Of a DNA stretch of 64,000 nt, positions 47,554-57,392 are shown one piece after another. The position numbers were made by a program, and so were the translations under genes. The stretch's first letter is position 1, and each line of letters begins with the position of its first letter. The notes beneath the pieces were generated by a model that saw only the letters and a program-made list of their open reading frames with translations, ran no database searches and was not told the origin of the DNA. The stretch is from Lysobacterales bacterium. Lineage in GTDB: Bacteria > Pseudomonadota > Gammaproteobacteria > Xanthomonadales > SZUA-5. The stretch lies in contig JALHMH010000004.1 in NCBI GenBank assembly GCA_022844165.1, positions 96,001 through 160,000 on the forward strand, read 5' to 3'.

Positions 47554-48390
47554 TCAGCTTCGTCGCGGCCGCGCTTTCGTGACTGTATCAATAGCGATTT
47601 GCAACAATCTGCACAGATCGTCGCTGGCTTGCCTGGCGAGAGGCGGCTGAAAAATCGACGGTTCGCTTTCATCGAGATAGCGCGATTGCGCCATTTCCAT
47701 TTGCACAGCGTTCACGCCCTGGCTCGGGTTTCCGTAGTGCCGGGTAATGTGCCCGCCTTTGAACCGCCCGTTGGCAACAAAACGGCGTTGGCGCAGCTCC
47801 AGTTCAACGATCAGCGGCCTTAGCACCTCATCGCGGCAACTCGCCCCGTCCGCGGTACCGAGGTTGTAGTCTGGCAAAACGCCTTCAAAGAACATCGGGC
47901 ATTCGCTGCGTATCGAATGGCCTTCCCAAAGAACGATTTCCGAATGTTGGGCGCGCAATCGCTCCATTTCGGCCTGCAGCCTGTTGTGATAGGGGCGCCA
48001 GTAGTGCTCGATGCGCTGCGCCACCGAAGAAGGCGAGGGCTCGTGGCCGCGCACGTAGATCGGTTGACCATCGAACATCGACAGCGGGCACAAGCCAGTT
48101 TCGTTTCTGCCGGGATACAAGGGCGCGCCGTCGGGTGGCCGGTTCAGGTCGATGACGTACCGCGAATAACGAGGACGCAGTAAGGTCGCGCCAAGTTCGA
48201 TGGCGAAGGCATACAGGCGGCTGACGTGCCAATCCGTATCGGGCGAATGCCGTGCGGCATCGACCATGGTCGCTCGAATATCGTCGGGCAGAGCATATCC
48301 ATCGTGCGGCAGGCTCACGATCAGCGGCGCATCGCCGCGGTGCACGCGCACCACCTCGTGAGATTGCCATGGTTCAAAAAAGGCACTCAT
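47554..48390 (-). CDS. hutG: N-formylglutamate deformylase
   Basis: [45 protein letters not shown]. Confidence 0.9.
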   Translation of the reverse strand: MSAFFEPWQSHEVVRVHRGDAPLIVSLPHDGYALPDDIRATMVDAARHSPDTDWHVSRLYAFAIELGATLLRPRYSRYVIDLNRPPDGAPLYPGRNETGLCPLSMFDGQPIYVRGHEPSPSSVAQRIEHYWRPYHNRLQAEMERLRAQHSEIVLWEGHSIRSECPMFFEGVLPDYNLGTADGASCRDEVLRPLIVELELRQRRFVANGRFKGGHITRHYGNPSQGVNAVQMEMAQSRYLDESEPSIFQPPLARQASDDLCRLLQIAIDTVTKARPRRS

Positions 48391-49634
48391 GCAAAACGCG
48401 CCGGATCGTAGGGCGCAGGGTCGATACTGGGCGTGCGGTGGGAGATCAGGTCGTCAATTAATTGTCCGGTCGATGCCGACATACTCATGCCCAGCATGCC
48501 ATGGCCAGTGGCAAGCCACAGCCCTTCGTGCCCCGGCGCCGGACCGATGATGGGTACATCGTCCATCGACATTGGGCGCCATCCATACCACTCTTCGATG
48601 CGTGTTTGTCCGATGGGATCGACCAGATACTCGCGCGCGCCGGTCACCAGAGCATCCAGGCGGCGCCGGTTGAGTGTGCTGTCGTAGCCGGCGAATTCCA
48701 TGGTGCTGCCGATGCGATACGTCGATTCCCAAGGTGTAATCGCGATGCTGCGTTCGCGACAAACCACGGGAACCTTAGGTGCGAGGTCCGGGCGCTCCGT
48801 GGTAATCGAATAGCCTTTGCCTGGCTGAATCGGCACGCGCAACCCAAGTTGTCTGCCGAGTTTGGGTGACCATGCGCCGAGGGCCAGCACTGCCGCGCGG
48901 CCGAGCCGTTCCCCATTGGTGCCGATCGCCCGCCAGCGGTGGCCTGCAAATACAAGGTTCTCCACCGAGAAATGCGGCTCGATTCGTGCGCCCTTGGCCA
49001 ACACACAACGCAGCAACTCCGCAACAAACAGGTCCGGGCGAAATTGAGCATCGTCCGGCGTATCGAAGCCACCGATGACATCGTCACGTAAGGCCGGCTC
49101 ACGCGCGCGCATCTGCGTGCGATCCAGTTCGACGACGCCGATTCCGACCTGCGCGAGTGCTCTTGGCCACCAGGCGAACGCATCCATCGCCTCAGCTGAC
49201 TTAAAGACGGTCAGATGCCCAGCGGTCGAGAACTCGCATTGGAGCTGCTCCTCCCGGCACATTCGTTCGATGGCATAGCGCGAAGGATTCAATAACGCTG
49301 CCTTCGCCCGAAGTCCGTGTTCGAACGCTGGCCAGGTGCAGCGGCGTGCAAAGCCCAACAGCCACGCAAACAAGGCGGGATCAAGGCGTGGTTTCACGTA
49401 AAACGGGGCGCTCGGGTCGAGCATCCAACGCAGCGCCTGACCCACCATGCCCGGCTTTGCGAGCGGCGGCGCATGGCTGGGCGTGATTGTGCCGCAGTTG
49501 CCGTATGAACTCCCCGAACCCGGCGTGCTTTGGTCCAAGAGCGTCACACTGTGACCTGATTTCAACAAATAGTACGCGCAGCAAAGCCCAATTGCGCCGG
49601 CACCCAGGATCAACACGTCAGATTCGCGATTCAT
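48387..49634 (-). CDS. FAD-dependent D-amino acid dehydrogenase (DadA-like)
   Basis: GAGAIG, SSYGNCG, PGKGYS, W.GWRP, ATGHGMLG. Confidence 0.88.
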   Translation of the reverse strand: MNRESDVLILGAGAIGLCCAYYLLKSGHSVTLLDQSTPGSGSSYGNCGTITPSHAPPLAKPGMVGQALRWMLDPSAPFYVKPRLDPALFAWLLGFARRCTWPAFEHGLRAKAALLNPSRYAIERMCREEQLQCEFSTAGHLTVFKSAEAMDAFAWWPRALAQVGIGVVELDRTQMRAREPALRDDVIGGFDTPDDAQFRPDLFVAELLRCVLAKGARIEPHFSVENLVFAGHRWRAIGTNGERLGRAAVLALGAWSPKLGRQLGLRVPIQPGKGYSITTERPDLAPKVPVVCRERSIAITPWESTYRIGSTMEFAGYDSTLNRRRLDALVTGAREYLVDPIGQTRIEEWYGWRPMSMDDVPIIGPAPGHEGLWLATGHGMLGMSMSASTGQLIDDLISHRTPSIDPAPYDPARFA

Positions 49635-49805
49635 TGCCAGAGTCTACTGCGATGCGAGTGGGGTGCGCCGGAAGTTTCACGCATCTCTCGCCTGGAGTCG
49701 TTGACGGAGCGGGATCTTGTCATTTGAGTCAAATTTCGTCGGAGCGGCTTTGGCAGTTGAAGCCCCCTTGAGTACAAGGGGGCGATTGAGCGCGCAGCGC
49801 TCAAT

Positions 49806-49869
49806 GGGGGTTCTGGCAAGTATGGTGTCTGGCGAAGCCAACAATGCTCGGCGGTCTGAGGCGAAGCCT
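49806..49869 (-). repeat. Dispersed intergenic repeat family A, reverse copy
   Basis: Reverse complement of 49833-49869 matches 27079-27115 at 35 of 37 positions. Confidence 0.75.
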
Positions 49870-49924
49870 CGTCTGGTCTTCGGCCACGATCCTGCGTCGC
49901 TTGTCCTCGCCATCGCGCTGCTAT

Positions 49925-49976
49925 GCCACCGGTCGTTCAAGCCGAACCGCGGCGGGCCGCGAAAGCCGCCGGCTTC
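49925..49976 (+). repeat. Dispersed intergenic repeat family B, copy 2
   Basis: GCCACCGGTCGTTCAAG...CGCGGC..GCCGCGAAAGCC, similar to 27243-27294. Confidence 0.7.
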
Positions 49977-50066
49977 GGGCGAGATCTTGCGCGAAATCTC
50001 ACCAAATGTGATCAGGTTGGCACTCTTTCTGCATGGCCGATCCGAACCAGACGATTGGGACCATCC

Positions 50067-50345
50067 ATGGACAACGCTGTTGAACTGCAGTTCGCGCTTC
50101 GCTCGCCCGATGCGGGTCCGCTTGCCGCGGTGATTTGTGCCTTGGCAGACTGGCTGGAGGATCCGCACTGCAACAGTCAGCATCGTGCACTTGTCGCGCG
50201 CCTGTTGAACCAGGGCGAAGTGCCATCGGTGCTGGCCTGCAAGGCCCAGGACCGGTTGGTGGCCTACGCTGAACAAGTGGAAGCGCTGCACACCGCTGTG
50301 TTCGAAGCTCCGGTTGAACGGCCCATCCTACGCGCTGTCGTCTGA
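50067..50345 (+). CDS. Hypothetical protein (92 aa)
   Basis: ATG after GGGA; ends 5 nt from the convergent DUF2063 gene; no recognised motif. Confidence 0.5.
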   Translation: MDNAVELQFALRSPDAGPLAAVICALADWLEDPHCNSQHRALVARLLNQGEVPSVLACKAQDRLVAYAEQVEALHTAVFEAPVERPILRAVV

Positions 50346-50350
50346 TCTCG

Positions 50351-51088
50351 TCAGGGTTCTACGCCGAGCACGATATCGCGCTCCAGCCAACCATCCAGCG
50401 TGGCAATGAAGGTCGCCGTCTCCAGTTGTAGTCCCGGAACTTTTTGATTCAGCGCGGCAATCGCCTCGGACCCCGTGACCCTGTGTTCGCTGATTGTCGC
50501 CCAGAGCAAGGCTGCCAGCGGCGTCAACACCTGAAACTGCACTTTGTCCTGTCGATTGCGGTAGACCATCAGCCAGGTGGGTTCGGCGGGAGGCTCGGTC
50601 GGCTGCCAATCGGGTCGAATGCGGTGCACGGGATACTGGTACCCAGCCAGACGCGCCAACGGCGATATCGAAATTCGCTGCGACATCCAATCGCCAGGCC
50701 GCGACGGAGCCATGCTCTGCGTATCGATGTCGAGCGCAAGTTCCAGCCATTCGTAGTGCGCCAGTTCCAACAAGAACGGAAACTGCGACTGCCAAAGTGC
50801 AGGCTGTGCCGCTAAGAACGCCATAAACTCTTGCGCAATCTGGTGAAAATACGGCGTGTGTGCCGGATGTTCACGGTAGTAAGCGCGAATCAGGAGCGCC
50901 CATTGTTCGCTGCTCATCAAACGCTTCATCACCGGGAAGTTGTTCGCGATCAGGCCTTCGACATTGTTGAACAACAAGTCGCGATAAATCTGCACGCGCC
51001 GATCTTCAAGCCCAGGCAAAGAGGGTGCGTTTGCGGGATCTCGCAAATGCTGCGCCAGCGCACGCTGGGTGATCTCAAAGGCCTGCAT
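50351..51088 (-). CDS. DUF2063 (HvfC/BufC-like) MNIO partner protein
   Basis: HLRDP, RRVQIYRDLLFNN, FPV, TPYF..I..EF, ELAHYEWLEL, YQYPVHRI; start ATG 51088. Confidence 0.9.
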   Translation of the reverse strand: MQAFEITQRALAQHLRDPANAPSLPGLEDRRVQIYRDLLFNNVEGLIANNFPVMKRLMSSEQWALLIRAYYREHPAHTPYFHQIAQEFMAFLAAQPALWQSQFPFLLELAHYEWLELALDIDTQSMAPSRPGDWMSQRISISPLARLAGYQYPVHRIRPDWQPTEPPAEPTWLMVYRNRQDKVQFQVLTPLAALLWATISEHRVTGSEAIAALNQKVPGLQLETATFIATLDGWLERDIVLGVEP

Positions 51089-51896
51089 GGCGACGCACCC
51101 GGTCCAGTTCGGCAAGCAGCTCTGGGAGCGGCGGCAGGTTAAAGTCGCGCTCCAACAGCACCGGCTTTTCGCCGAGCCTCTCGCGGGTGTACGACAGCAG
51201 ATCGAAAACGGGATCGACCACCGCCGCGCCGTGCGTGTCGACAATCAAATCCGGTGCCTCGACATAATGCCCGGCGATGTGCAGATAACGCACGCGCTCG
51301 CCGGGTATGGCGTCGACGAATTGGCGCGCGTCGTAGCGATGATTGATGCTGTTGACGTAGATGTTATTGACATCAAGCAGGATGTCGCAATCGGCCTCGC
51401 GCACGACGGCCAACAAAAACTCGAGTTCGCTCATTTCAGCGGCGAGCGGTGTGTAAAACGACGCGTTCTCCACTGCGATGCGAGCACCTATGACGTCTTG
51501 CGTTTGGCGAATTCGCGCAGCGACATGGTGTACCGCGTCGGTCGTGAACGGGATCGGGAGCAGATCGTACAGATGCGCATCGTCGGCGCACCAGCTCAAG
51601 TGCTCGCTATACGTGGCAATCTGGTGATCGCGTAGAAAGTGTTTGACCTCTTGCAAGAAGCCGGTATCGAGTGCGCCCGGGCCGCCGAGCGACAACGACA
51701 ATCCGTGCGCCAGAATGGGCTTTTGTTCGGCGAAACGGGCAAAGGATTTGCCCAGCCGCCCACCGAGGCCGATCCAGTTTTCCGGGGCGACTTCGAAAAA
51801 ATCGACTCGGTCCAGTGCCGACGGATCGTCGTGCAGCGCCTTGAACAAGCCGCGGCGCAGGCCAATGCCCGCGCCGCGTGGAGTTTCAACGGTCAT
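51075..51896 (-). CDS. DUF692 multinuclear non-heme iron oxidase (HvfB/BufB-like)
   Basis: GIGLRR, EVAPENW, HGLSLSLGG, SEHLS, YDLLP, EN, DVNNIYVN, HIAGH, DTHG, LERD. Confidence 0.95.
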   Translation of the reverse strand: MTVETPRGAGIGLRRGLFKALHDDPSALDRVDFFEVAPENWIGLGGRLGKSFARFAEQKPILAHGLSLSLGGPGALDTGFLQEVKHFLRDHQIATYSEHLSWCADDAHLYDLLPIPFTTDAVHHVAARIRQTQDVIGARIAVENASFYTPLAAEMSELEFLLAVVREADCDILLDVNNIYVNSINHRYDARQFVDAIPGERVRYLHIAGHYVEAPDLIVDTHGAAVVDPVFDLLSYTRERLGEKPVLLERDFNLPPLPELLAELDRVRRHAGL

Positions 51897-51908
51897 CGAT
51901 CAAAGTGA

Positions 51909-52271
51909 TCAAGCAGCGCCGCCGCACTTGCCTTCACCGCACTTGCCCTCTTTGCCCTTGTCCTTGTCGCCACCACACTTGCCTTCGCCGCACTTGCCTT
52001 CTTCACCCTTGTCGCCACCGCACTTGCCTTCTTCACCCTTGTCGCCGCCGCACTTGCCTTCGCCGCACTTGCCCTCTTCACCCTTGTCGCCGCCGCACTT
52101 GCCTTCGCCGCACTTGCCTTCCTTGCCTTTCTCATCGCCAACCAGCATGTAGCCCTGGTCGAGGTCCATGGCGGCCATCGAGCCGGGCGCGGCGGAAACG
52201 CTGCAAGCCAGGCTGCCCAACAGTGCTGCGCCGACAACGATCGAAACCGGCTTTACGATTGAATTGCTCAT
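51909..52271 (-). CDS. HvfA-like RiPP precursor with signal peptide and nine EGKCG repeats
   Basis: Sec-type signal, L.QGYML linker, 9x EGKCG; RBS AGGAG; directly upstream of DUF692. Confidence 0.92.
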   Translation of the reverse strand: MSNSIVKPVSIVVGAALLGSLACSVSAAPGSMAAMDLDQGYMLVGDEKGKEGKCGEGKCGGDKGEEGKCGEGKCGGDKGEEGKCGGDKGEEGKCGEGKCGGDKDKGKEGKCGEGKCGGAA

Positions 52272-52470
52272 TTGGGACTCCTAAGTTCAGTTGAATGCCG
52301 TCACGGCAAACGGCGCGTTATGTTGATACCAAAACCACGACACTGACAAGCGCTATTGCACATCTCGGCCGCTGTCGACCATACGAGACCGGGAGTGACG
52401 ACGGATGCTTTCAAGACTGCATCACATTTGCGGTGAGTGACTGTCTTCAAAAAAAGCGCGTCAATCGCTG

Positions 52471-53289
52471 TCAATACAACTGTCGATTCAATCCTAAAGA
52501 CTGCATCACCTTGCTGGCAATTTCCTCGATGGACATGTGCGTTGAGTGCATCACCGGGATACCCTCGCGTTTGAATAAGCGCTCGGCTTCTTCGACTTCC
52601 CAGCGGCATTGTTCCATCGATGCATAGCGCGAGCCGGCTCGTCGCTGTTCGCGAATTTGATGCAGGCGCCGCGGATCGATCGTCAGCCCATAAATCTTGG
52701 CACGTTGGTTACGCAGTTTAGCCGGCAGCTCGCCGGCTTCGAGATCTTCCGGTAGCAAGGGATAGTTCGCCGCACGCACACCATAGTGCAGCGCCATGTA
52801 CAGGCACGTTGGCGTTTTTCCCGAGCGCGACACGCCCATCAGCACAATTTCGGCATCCGAAAAATTCGCCTGCACGCCATCGTCGTGCGTCAGCGCGTAG
52901 TTCGTGGCATTCATACGCGCCTCGTATTCCGCCGTATCGGCGCCGCCATGCGCCTTACCCACCTTCGGCGTGCGCGGCATCCCGAGTTCCTGCTCCAGCG
53001 GCGGAATGAACGGCGCGAACACATCCAGCATCAATGCGCCGCTTTCGGCAATGCGTTGCGAGAGCAAACCATCGACCACCGTATTGATCACCACCGGTCG
53101 CACGCCGGCCTCTTCCCCGGCCCGCCGGATCTCCGCGGCAGCCTCGACCGCTTTCGCCGCGTTATCGACAAAAGCCAGCCGGCGCGTCACAAACGGCACA
53201 CCATCGAACTGCGTGAGCACACTATGGCCGATGGTTTCAGCCGTGATGCCGGTGCCGTCGGACACATAAAAAATCGGGCGGGGAAGCAT
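52471..53289 (-). CDS. ppsR: PEP synthase regulatory kinase/pyrophosphorylase (DUF299)
   Basis: [34 protein letters not shown]. Confidence 0.93.
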   Translation of the reverse strand: MLPRPIFYVSDGTGITAETIGHSVLTQFDGVPFVTRRLAFVDNAAKAVEAAAEIRRAGEEAGVRPVVINTVVDGLLSQRIAESGALMLDVFAPFIPPLEQELGMPRTPKVGKAHGGADTAEYEARMNATNYALTHDDGVQANFSDAEIVLMGVSRSGKTPTCLYMALHYGVRAANYPLLPEDLEAGELPAKLRNQRAKIYGLTIDPRRLHQIREQRRAGSRYASMEQCRWEVEEAERLFKREGIPVMHSTHMSIEEIASKVMQSLGLNRQLY

Positions 53290-53368
53290 GAGCGCAGGTT
53301 CGTAGGTCGGGAAGCACAAGACTATCGGGTTCGCGGCGTTGCGAAATAGATCGCGCACGAAACGGGCC

Positions 53369-53532
53369 GGGCTTTCAGCCCTTTGGAATGTGATGTGTTT
53401 GCAAACCTGGGGCGTTGCCCCAGGCTGGTATGGTCACGGGCCTTTGGCCCGTTCAAACTGTATAGGTGCCGTTCACGTGTTTTCCGCGCCAAAGGCGCAT
53501 CGCCATACCAGCCTGGCAACGCCCCAGGTTTG
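53369..53532. repeat. REP/REPIN-like inverted doublet
   Basis: CAAACCTGGGGCGTTGCCCCAGGCTGGTATGG (53402-53433) inverted with CCATACCAGCCTGGCAACGCCCCAGGTTTG (53503-53532); small hairpins GGGCTTTCAGCCC, GGGCCTTTGGCCC, GCGCCAAAGGCGC. Confidence 0.75.
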
Positions 53533-53584
53533 AGCATTGAGGGGGTGCGGGGGAGACTTCCCCCGCTGTTCACTTGCGGGATGG

Positions 53585-54274
53585 TCAAACTCCAAGGGCG
53601 TAATCAACCGCGGCGCGAGAATGGATGCGCGTGGTGTCGAAGACCGGTACCGCGACATCGCTTTGCGACAGCAGCAACGGGATTTCGGTGCAGCCCAGGA
53701 CAATGCCCTCGGCGCCGCGCGCGATCAGGCGATCGATGATGTCCAGGTAGCCGTGTTTGGTTTGTGGCGTGACGATGCCGCAGCCCAATTCGTTGCGCAG
53801 CGTGTGCTGAACGAATGTCCGATCATCGAAATCTGGCACCAGGGATTCGATGCCTGAGGCGCGCAACTTGTCGTGGAAAAACGCCAGTTCCATGGTGAAC
53901 TTCGTACCCAGAAAACCCACTGTTTTGAGCGCTTTCGACGAAATTTCCTTTGCCGTCGCGTCCGCGATGTGGATCACCGGCAACTGCGTCGCCGACTGCA
54001 TTTCATCGGCGAGCGCGTGCGCCGTGTTGGCGCATAACACCAGCGCCTCAGCGCCCGCGGCCTTCAGATGCATGCACCCGCGCAACAGTATCGAATGCGT
54101 GCGTTCCCAGTCGTCCCAACCGTGCGTTTGCAACTCGCCGAAGTTCAGGGAGTAGATCACGCATTCGGCGAACTGCAGCCCGCCCAAGCGCGCGTTGATG
54201 CCTTCGTTGATGTATCGGTAGTAGTCGATAGTCGATACCCAACTCAGCCCGCCTAGCAGTCCCAGTTTTTTCAT
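53585..54274 (-). CDS. Asp/Glu racemase family protein (YgeA/RacX-like)
   Basis: GLLGGLSW.ST..YY; catalytic Cys motifs LCANTAH and LGCTEI. Confidence 0.92.
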   Translation of the reverse strand: MKKLGLLGGLSWVSTIDYYRYINEGINARLGGLQFAECVIYSLNFGELQTHGWDDWERTHSILLRGCMHLKAAGAEALVLCANTAHALADEMQSATQLPVIHIADATAKEISSKALKTVGFLGTKFTMELAFFHDKLRASGIESLVPDFDDRTFVQHTLRNELGCGIVTPQTKHGYLDIIDRLIARGAEGIVLGCTEIPLLLSQSDVAVPVFDTTRIHSRAAVDYALGV

Positions 54275-54510
54275 TCGCGTTTCCGATCTGGATACAGGAT
54301 CGAAGGTTCTGCGATCGCTGACTTGCGCGTCAAGCGCTTAGAGGCGCCGTGACGCGCCAGTTTCGTTGCGCCCACGCCACGGTGCGCGCTGGAGTTCAGG
54401 CCAAAGTGCCCCCAAACGGCGCGCTGGTGCGTTTCTTGGCAAAGCTTAATGGGTGCAACTGAGTTGCCGGGTTAAACTGCCGGGCATCGTCCAGGACCGG
54501 GCAGGTATGC

Positions 54511-55659
54511 ATGCTGACGAGTTGGGCCTTTGTGATCGCCTTGGCGGCGACGCCGCCGGACCCTGCGGCCGAGGTTGCGCCGCCGCTGCCGACGATCGAT
54601 GAGGTGATGCACATTCCAGAGCCGCTGGCGCAGGCGTTTGCGGCGAAGGTGACTGACCCAAAAGGCAGTCAGCATGATCGGCTGATCCGCCTCGTCAAGT
54701 TCCTGTTCGATGCCGAAGGCATGCACTTGAAGTACGTCGAAGACGCGAATTACACCGTAGCCCAGGTGTATCAGTATCGGCAAGCCAATTGTCTGAGTTT
54801 CAGTTTGCTGACGCTGGCTTTGGCGCGCAGGGCCGGCCTTGCTGCGTATGGGCAAGGGATTTCGGAGGTGCTGTATTGGTCTCAGGATCAAACAGCGACG
54901 TACCATTCGACGCACGTCAACGTTGGGGTTCCGCTGGGCAAGCGACGCTTCACCTTGGATGTTGCCGCCGGGCAAATCTTGACCGACGCGCCACCCAAAC
55001 GCATCAGCGACGCACGATTGTTCGCGCAGTTTTACGCTAACAAGTCGGCCGAGTATCTGGCTGTTGGCGATCTGCAAAGCTCAGAGCGATTCCTGCTGGA
55101 GGCCTTGCGCCTTGATGACGCGTATGCGCCCATCTGGAACAATCGAGGTGTGCTGGAGCGCCGCCGCGGTCAGAGTGATGTTGCTCGAGCCTACTTCGAG
55201 CATGCCTTGAAACTGCAGTCGGACAATGCTGGCGCTTTGTCGAATCTGGCCAATTTGTACGGCCGCCTGGGTGCAGCGGCCGAAGCGCAAAAACTGAACG
55301 ACAGGCTCACCCGGATGCAGGCGCGAAATCCGTTCTATCAGATGCAGATTGGGACCAATTTCGAGGCCCACGGCGATCTGGAACAGGCGCTTGTTCACTA
55401 CAAGAAAGCGATTCGATTGCGACCAGAAGAGCCGCGGTTTTATGCGCGTCTGGCACAGTTGCATCTCAAGCAGGGTAACGCGTCCTCGGCGCTCAGCGCG
55501 ATCAAGAATGCTTTTCAGCACGCCAAGGGCACTGCGCGAAACGCGTACCGGGCAAAATTCGAAGCGCTGCGCGAGCGAAGTGGTACGCAAGAGCGTTCAT
55601 TGGACGCACAGGAGCGTCGCAGGCAGTTCGGTCAATTGTCGTTGTCTGGCCGTTGGTGA
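54511..55659 (+). CDS. Exported TPR protein with N-terminal transglutaminase-like segment
   Basis: Signal-like N-terminus; ANCLS..H..D; TPR repeats (WNNRGV, ALSNLA, HYKKAIRLRP). Confidence 0.75.
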   Translation: MLTSWAFVIALAATPPDPAAEVAPPLPTIDEVMHIPEPLAQAFAAKVTDPKGSQHDRLIRLVKFLFDAEGMHLKYVEDANYTVAQVYQYRQANCLSFSLLTLALARRAGLAAYGQGISEVLYWSQDQTATYHSTHVNVGVPLGKRRFTLDVAAGQILTDAPPKRISDARLFAQFYANKSAEYLAVGDLQSSERFLLEALRLDDAYAPIWNNRGVLERRRGQSDVARAYFEHALKLQSDNAGALSNLANLYGRLGAAAEAQKLNDRLTRMQARNPFYQMQIGTNFEAHGDLEQALVHYKKAIRLRPEEPRFYARLAQLHLKQGNASSALSAIKNAFQHAKGTARNAYRAKFEALRERSGTQERSLDAQERRRQFGQLSLSGRW

Positions 55660-55667
55660 CGATCGGT

Positions 55668-56078
55668 TTATTGCGCGCGCCGGGCTCGAACCAAAATGCC
55701 GTTTGGTGTTTTCAGCATGAAGCCGCCGAACGAGCCCGTCTGTATCGAGATCGCATCGCCAGGCTTTAGCCGGTCCTTGTTCGTCTGTGCTGGCACAATC
55801 CATATTTGCCCGTTTGTGAGAACGACTCGGCGGCGGTTGTCGCGCATGACATCGATTGACTGGATGGCACCTTCAATGCTCTCGGGCGCGGGCGCTGGTT
55901 CGACTCGGCGCAACTGTTCGCCCGGGCTTAGACCGAATTGACTCTCGGGATCGACCGGCGTTCGTTCCCCAGGGAACAGGGCATCAAAACACGCAAGGCG
56001 TTCGCCTGGGCTTTCGATTCTGGCGCAGTCCTGCGGAGACTGAGTCGCCAGCAGTGCGGCAAACAGGTGAGTCAACAT
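55668..56078 (-). CDS. Small exported hypothetical protein
   Basis: C-x9-RLACFD motif, FGL, LTNGQIW, GSFG; start ATG 56078. Confidence 0.7.
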   Translation of the reverse strand: MLTHLFAALLATQSPQDCARIESPGERLACFDALFPGERTPVDPESQFGLSPGEQLRRVEPAPAPESIEGAIQSIDVMRDNRRRVVLTNGQIWIVPAQTNKDRLKPGDAISIQTGSFGGFMLKTPNGILVRARRAQ

Positions 56079-56209
56079 GAGGGTATGCCAGCTGGGAATG
56101 GAAGCGATGCTGCCGAGCGCACATCCCAAGTGTCAACTGCGCGGATGGCGAGCGCCGCGGACCGCAGATATGGTCAAATGCCGCACTCTGGGTTTTCGGC
56201 GTGTTTCCG

Positions 56210-57343
56210 ATGGCGCGCATACGCGTACTGCACTTCGTGACAGGTGGATTCTCCGGCGGCGCCACTCAGGTGGCGATCGCTCTGGTCGATGCGGCTCGTG
56301 CTGCGGGCAATATGGAACCACTCCTGGTGCTGCGTCGAAAACGGCGCACGCCGCCAGGTCGAATCGAAGAGCTGCAAGCGCGCGGAGTGCCGCTCGATGT
56401 TGTGCCGGGTTGGTCGCGACTGGCGACAATTTTGGCACTTGCGAAAATCTGTCGGCGTTTCAAGCCGGATGTACTGGTGGCGCATGGGTTTACGGAACAT
56501 TTGTGGGGCCGCTATGCGGGACTGATGGCGGGCGTTCGCTGTTTGGTTCAGGTGGAGCAAAACACTCGTGAGCGCTACCGCCGTTGGCATCTATGGCAAA
56601 CACGGTGGCTGGCGCAGCGCAGCGCTGCGCTGGTTGGGTGCTCCGAGGGTGTTCGCCAGGTGCTCCTGGCACAAGGGCTGCCGCCGGATCGGGCAATTGC
56701 CATTTCAAACGGCATCGACTTGACGCCGTTCGCATTGGCCGGCCAGTTCGTCTGGGCGGATCGTGAGCCTGCGATCGTCATGGTGGCGCGTTTTTCGCGG
56801 CAGAAAGATCATGCAACATTGCTACGCGCAGTCGCGTTGCTGCGAGGGCACGGGCTGCATCCAAAAGTCCGCTTGGCTGGCGGCGGCAAGCCGCTGCATC
56901 GCAAGCCAGTCGAGGCGCTCGCCGCGAAGCTCGGATTGTCTCAACAAGTGGAGTTCTTGGGTGTACATCGCGATGTGCCGGGTCTGCTCATGCGGCACCG
57001 CGTTTCGGTGCTGAGTACCCATTGGGAGGGTATGCCGTTGGCGCTGATCGAAGCGATGGCTGCTGGGTGCGCGGTGGTGGGTAGTGCTGTGCCGGGTGTG
57101 CGTGAAGTCGTGAAAGATGGCGAAGATGGGCGTTTGGTTGCGCCGCGCGACCCTGCTCAGCTCGCCGAAGTGTTGCGAGCGCTGCTTGCCGACGATGGGC
57201 CGGGCGCACTTTTGGCGCAAGCAGCTCGGCTTCGCGCGATCGCAGAGTCAGGTCGTGAACGCATGAACGCCAGATACGAAGCCTTGTTTCTGGGCTTGGC
57301 AAACGATAGCGGTATTCCGGGCGAGCTCAGGCATTCAAGCTGA
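56210..57343 (+). CDS. GT4 family glycosyltransferase
   Basis: GGA N-terminal loop, ISNGID, VARFSRQKDH, EGMPLALIEAMA. Confidence 0.92.
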   Translation: MARIRVLHFVTGGFSGGATQVAIALVDAARAAGNMEPLLVLRRKRRTPPGRIEELQARGVPLDVVPGWSRLATILALAKICRRFKPDVLVAHGFTEHLWGRYAGLMAGVRCLVQVEQNTRERYRRWHLWQTRWLAQRSAALVGCSEGVRQVLLAQGLPPDRAIAISNGIDLTPFALAGQFVWADREPAIVMVARFSRQKDHATLLRAVALLRGHGLHPKVRLAGGGKPLHRKPVEALAAKLGLSQQVEFLGVHRDVPGLLMRHRVSVLSTHWEGMPLALIEAMAAGCAVVGSAVPGVREVVKDGEDGRLVAPRDPAQLAEVLRALLADDGPGALLAQAARLRAIAESGRERMNARYEALFLGLANDSGIPGELRHSS

Positions 57344-57392
57344 TCTCGGCGTGCCAGCGGAGCGCCGTTGGCGCTCCGCTGAAACACGGTGG

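Noticed and set aside
51915-52130. CRISPR-like or VNTR array
   Set aside because: The repeats are in-frame codons for EGKCG/GDKGE, with no unique spacers and no cas genes.
51893-52237. Alternative-frame Ala/Lys-rich histone-like ORF (KASAAKASAA)
   Set aside because: Shadow of the EGKCG precursor, which has the RBS, the signal peptide and the DUF692 context.
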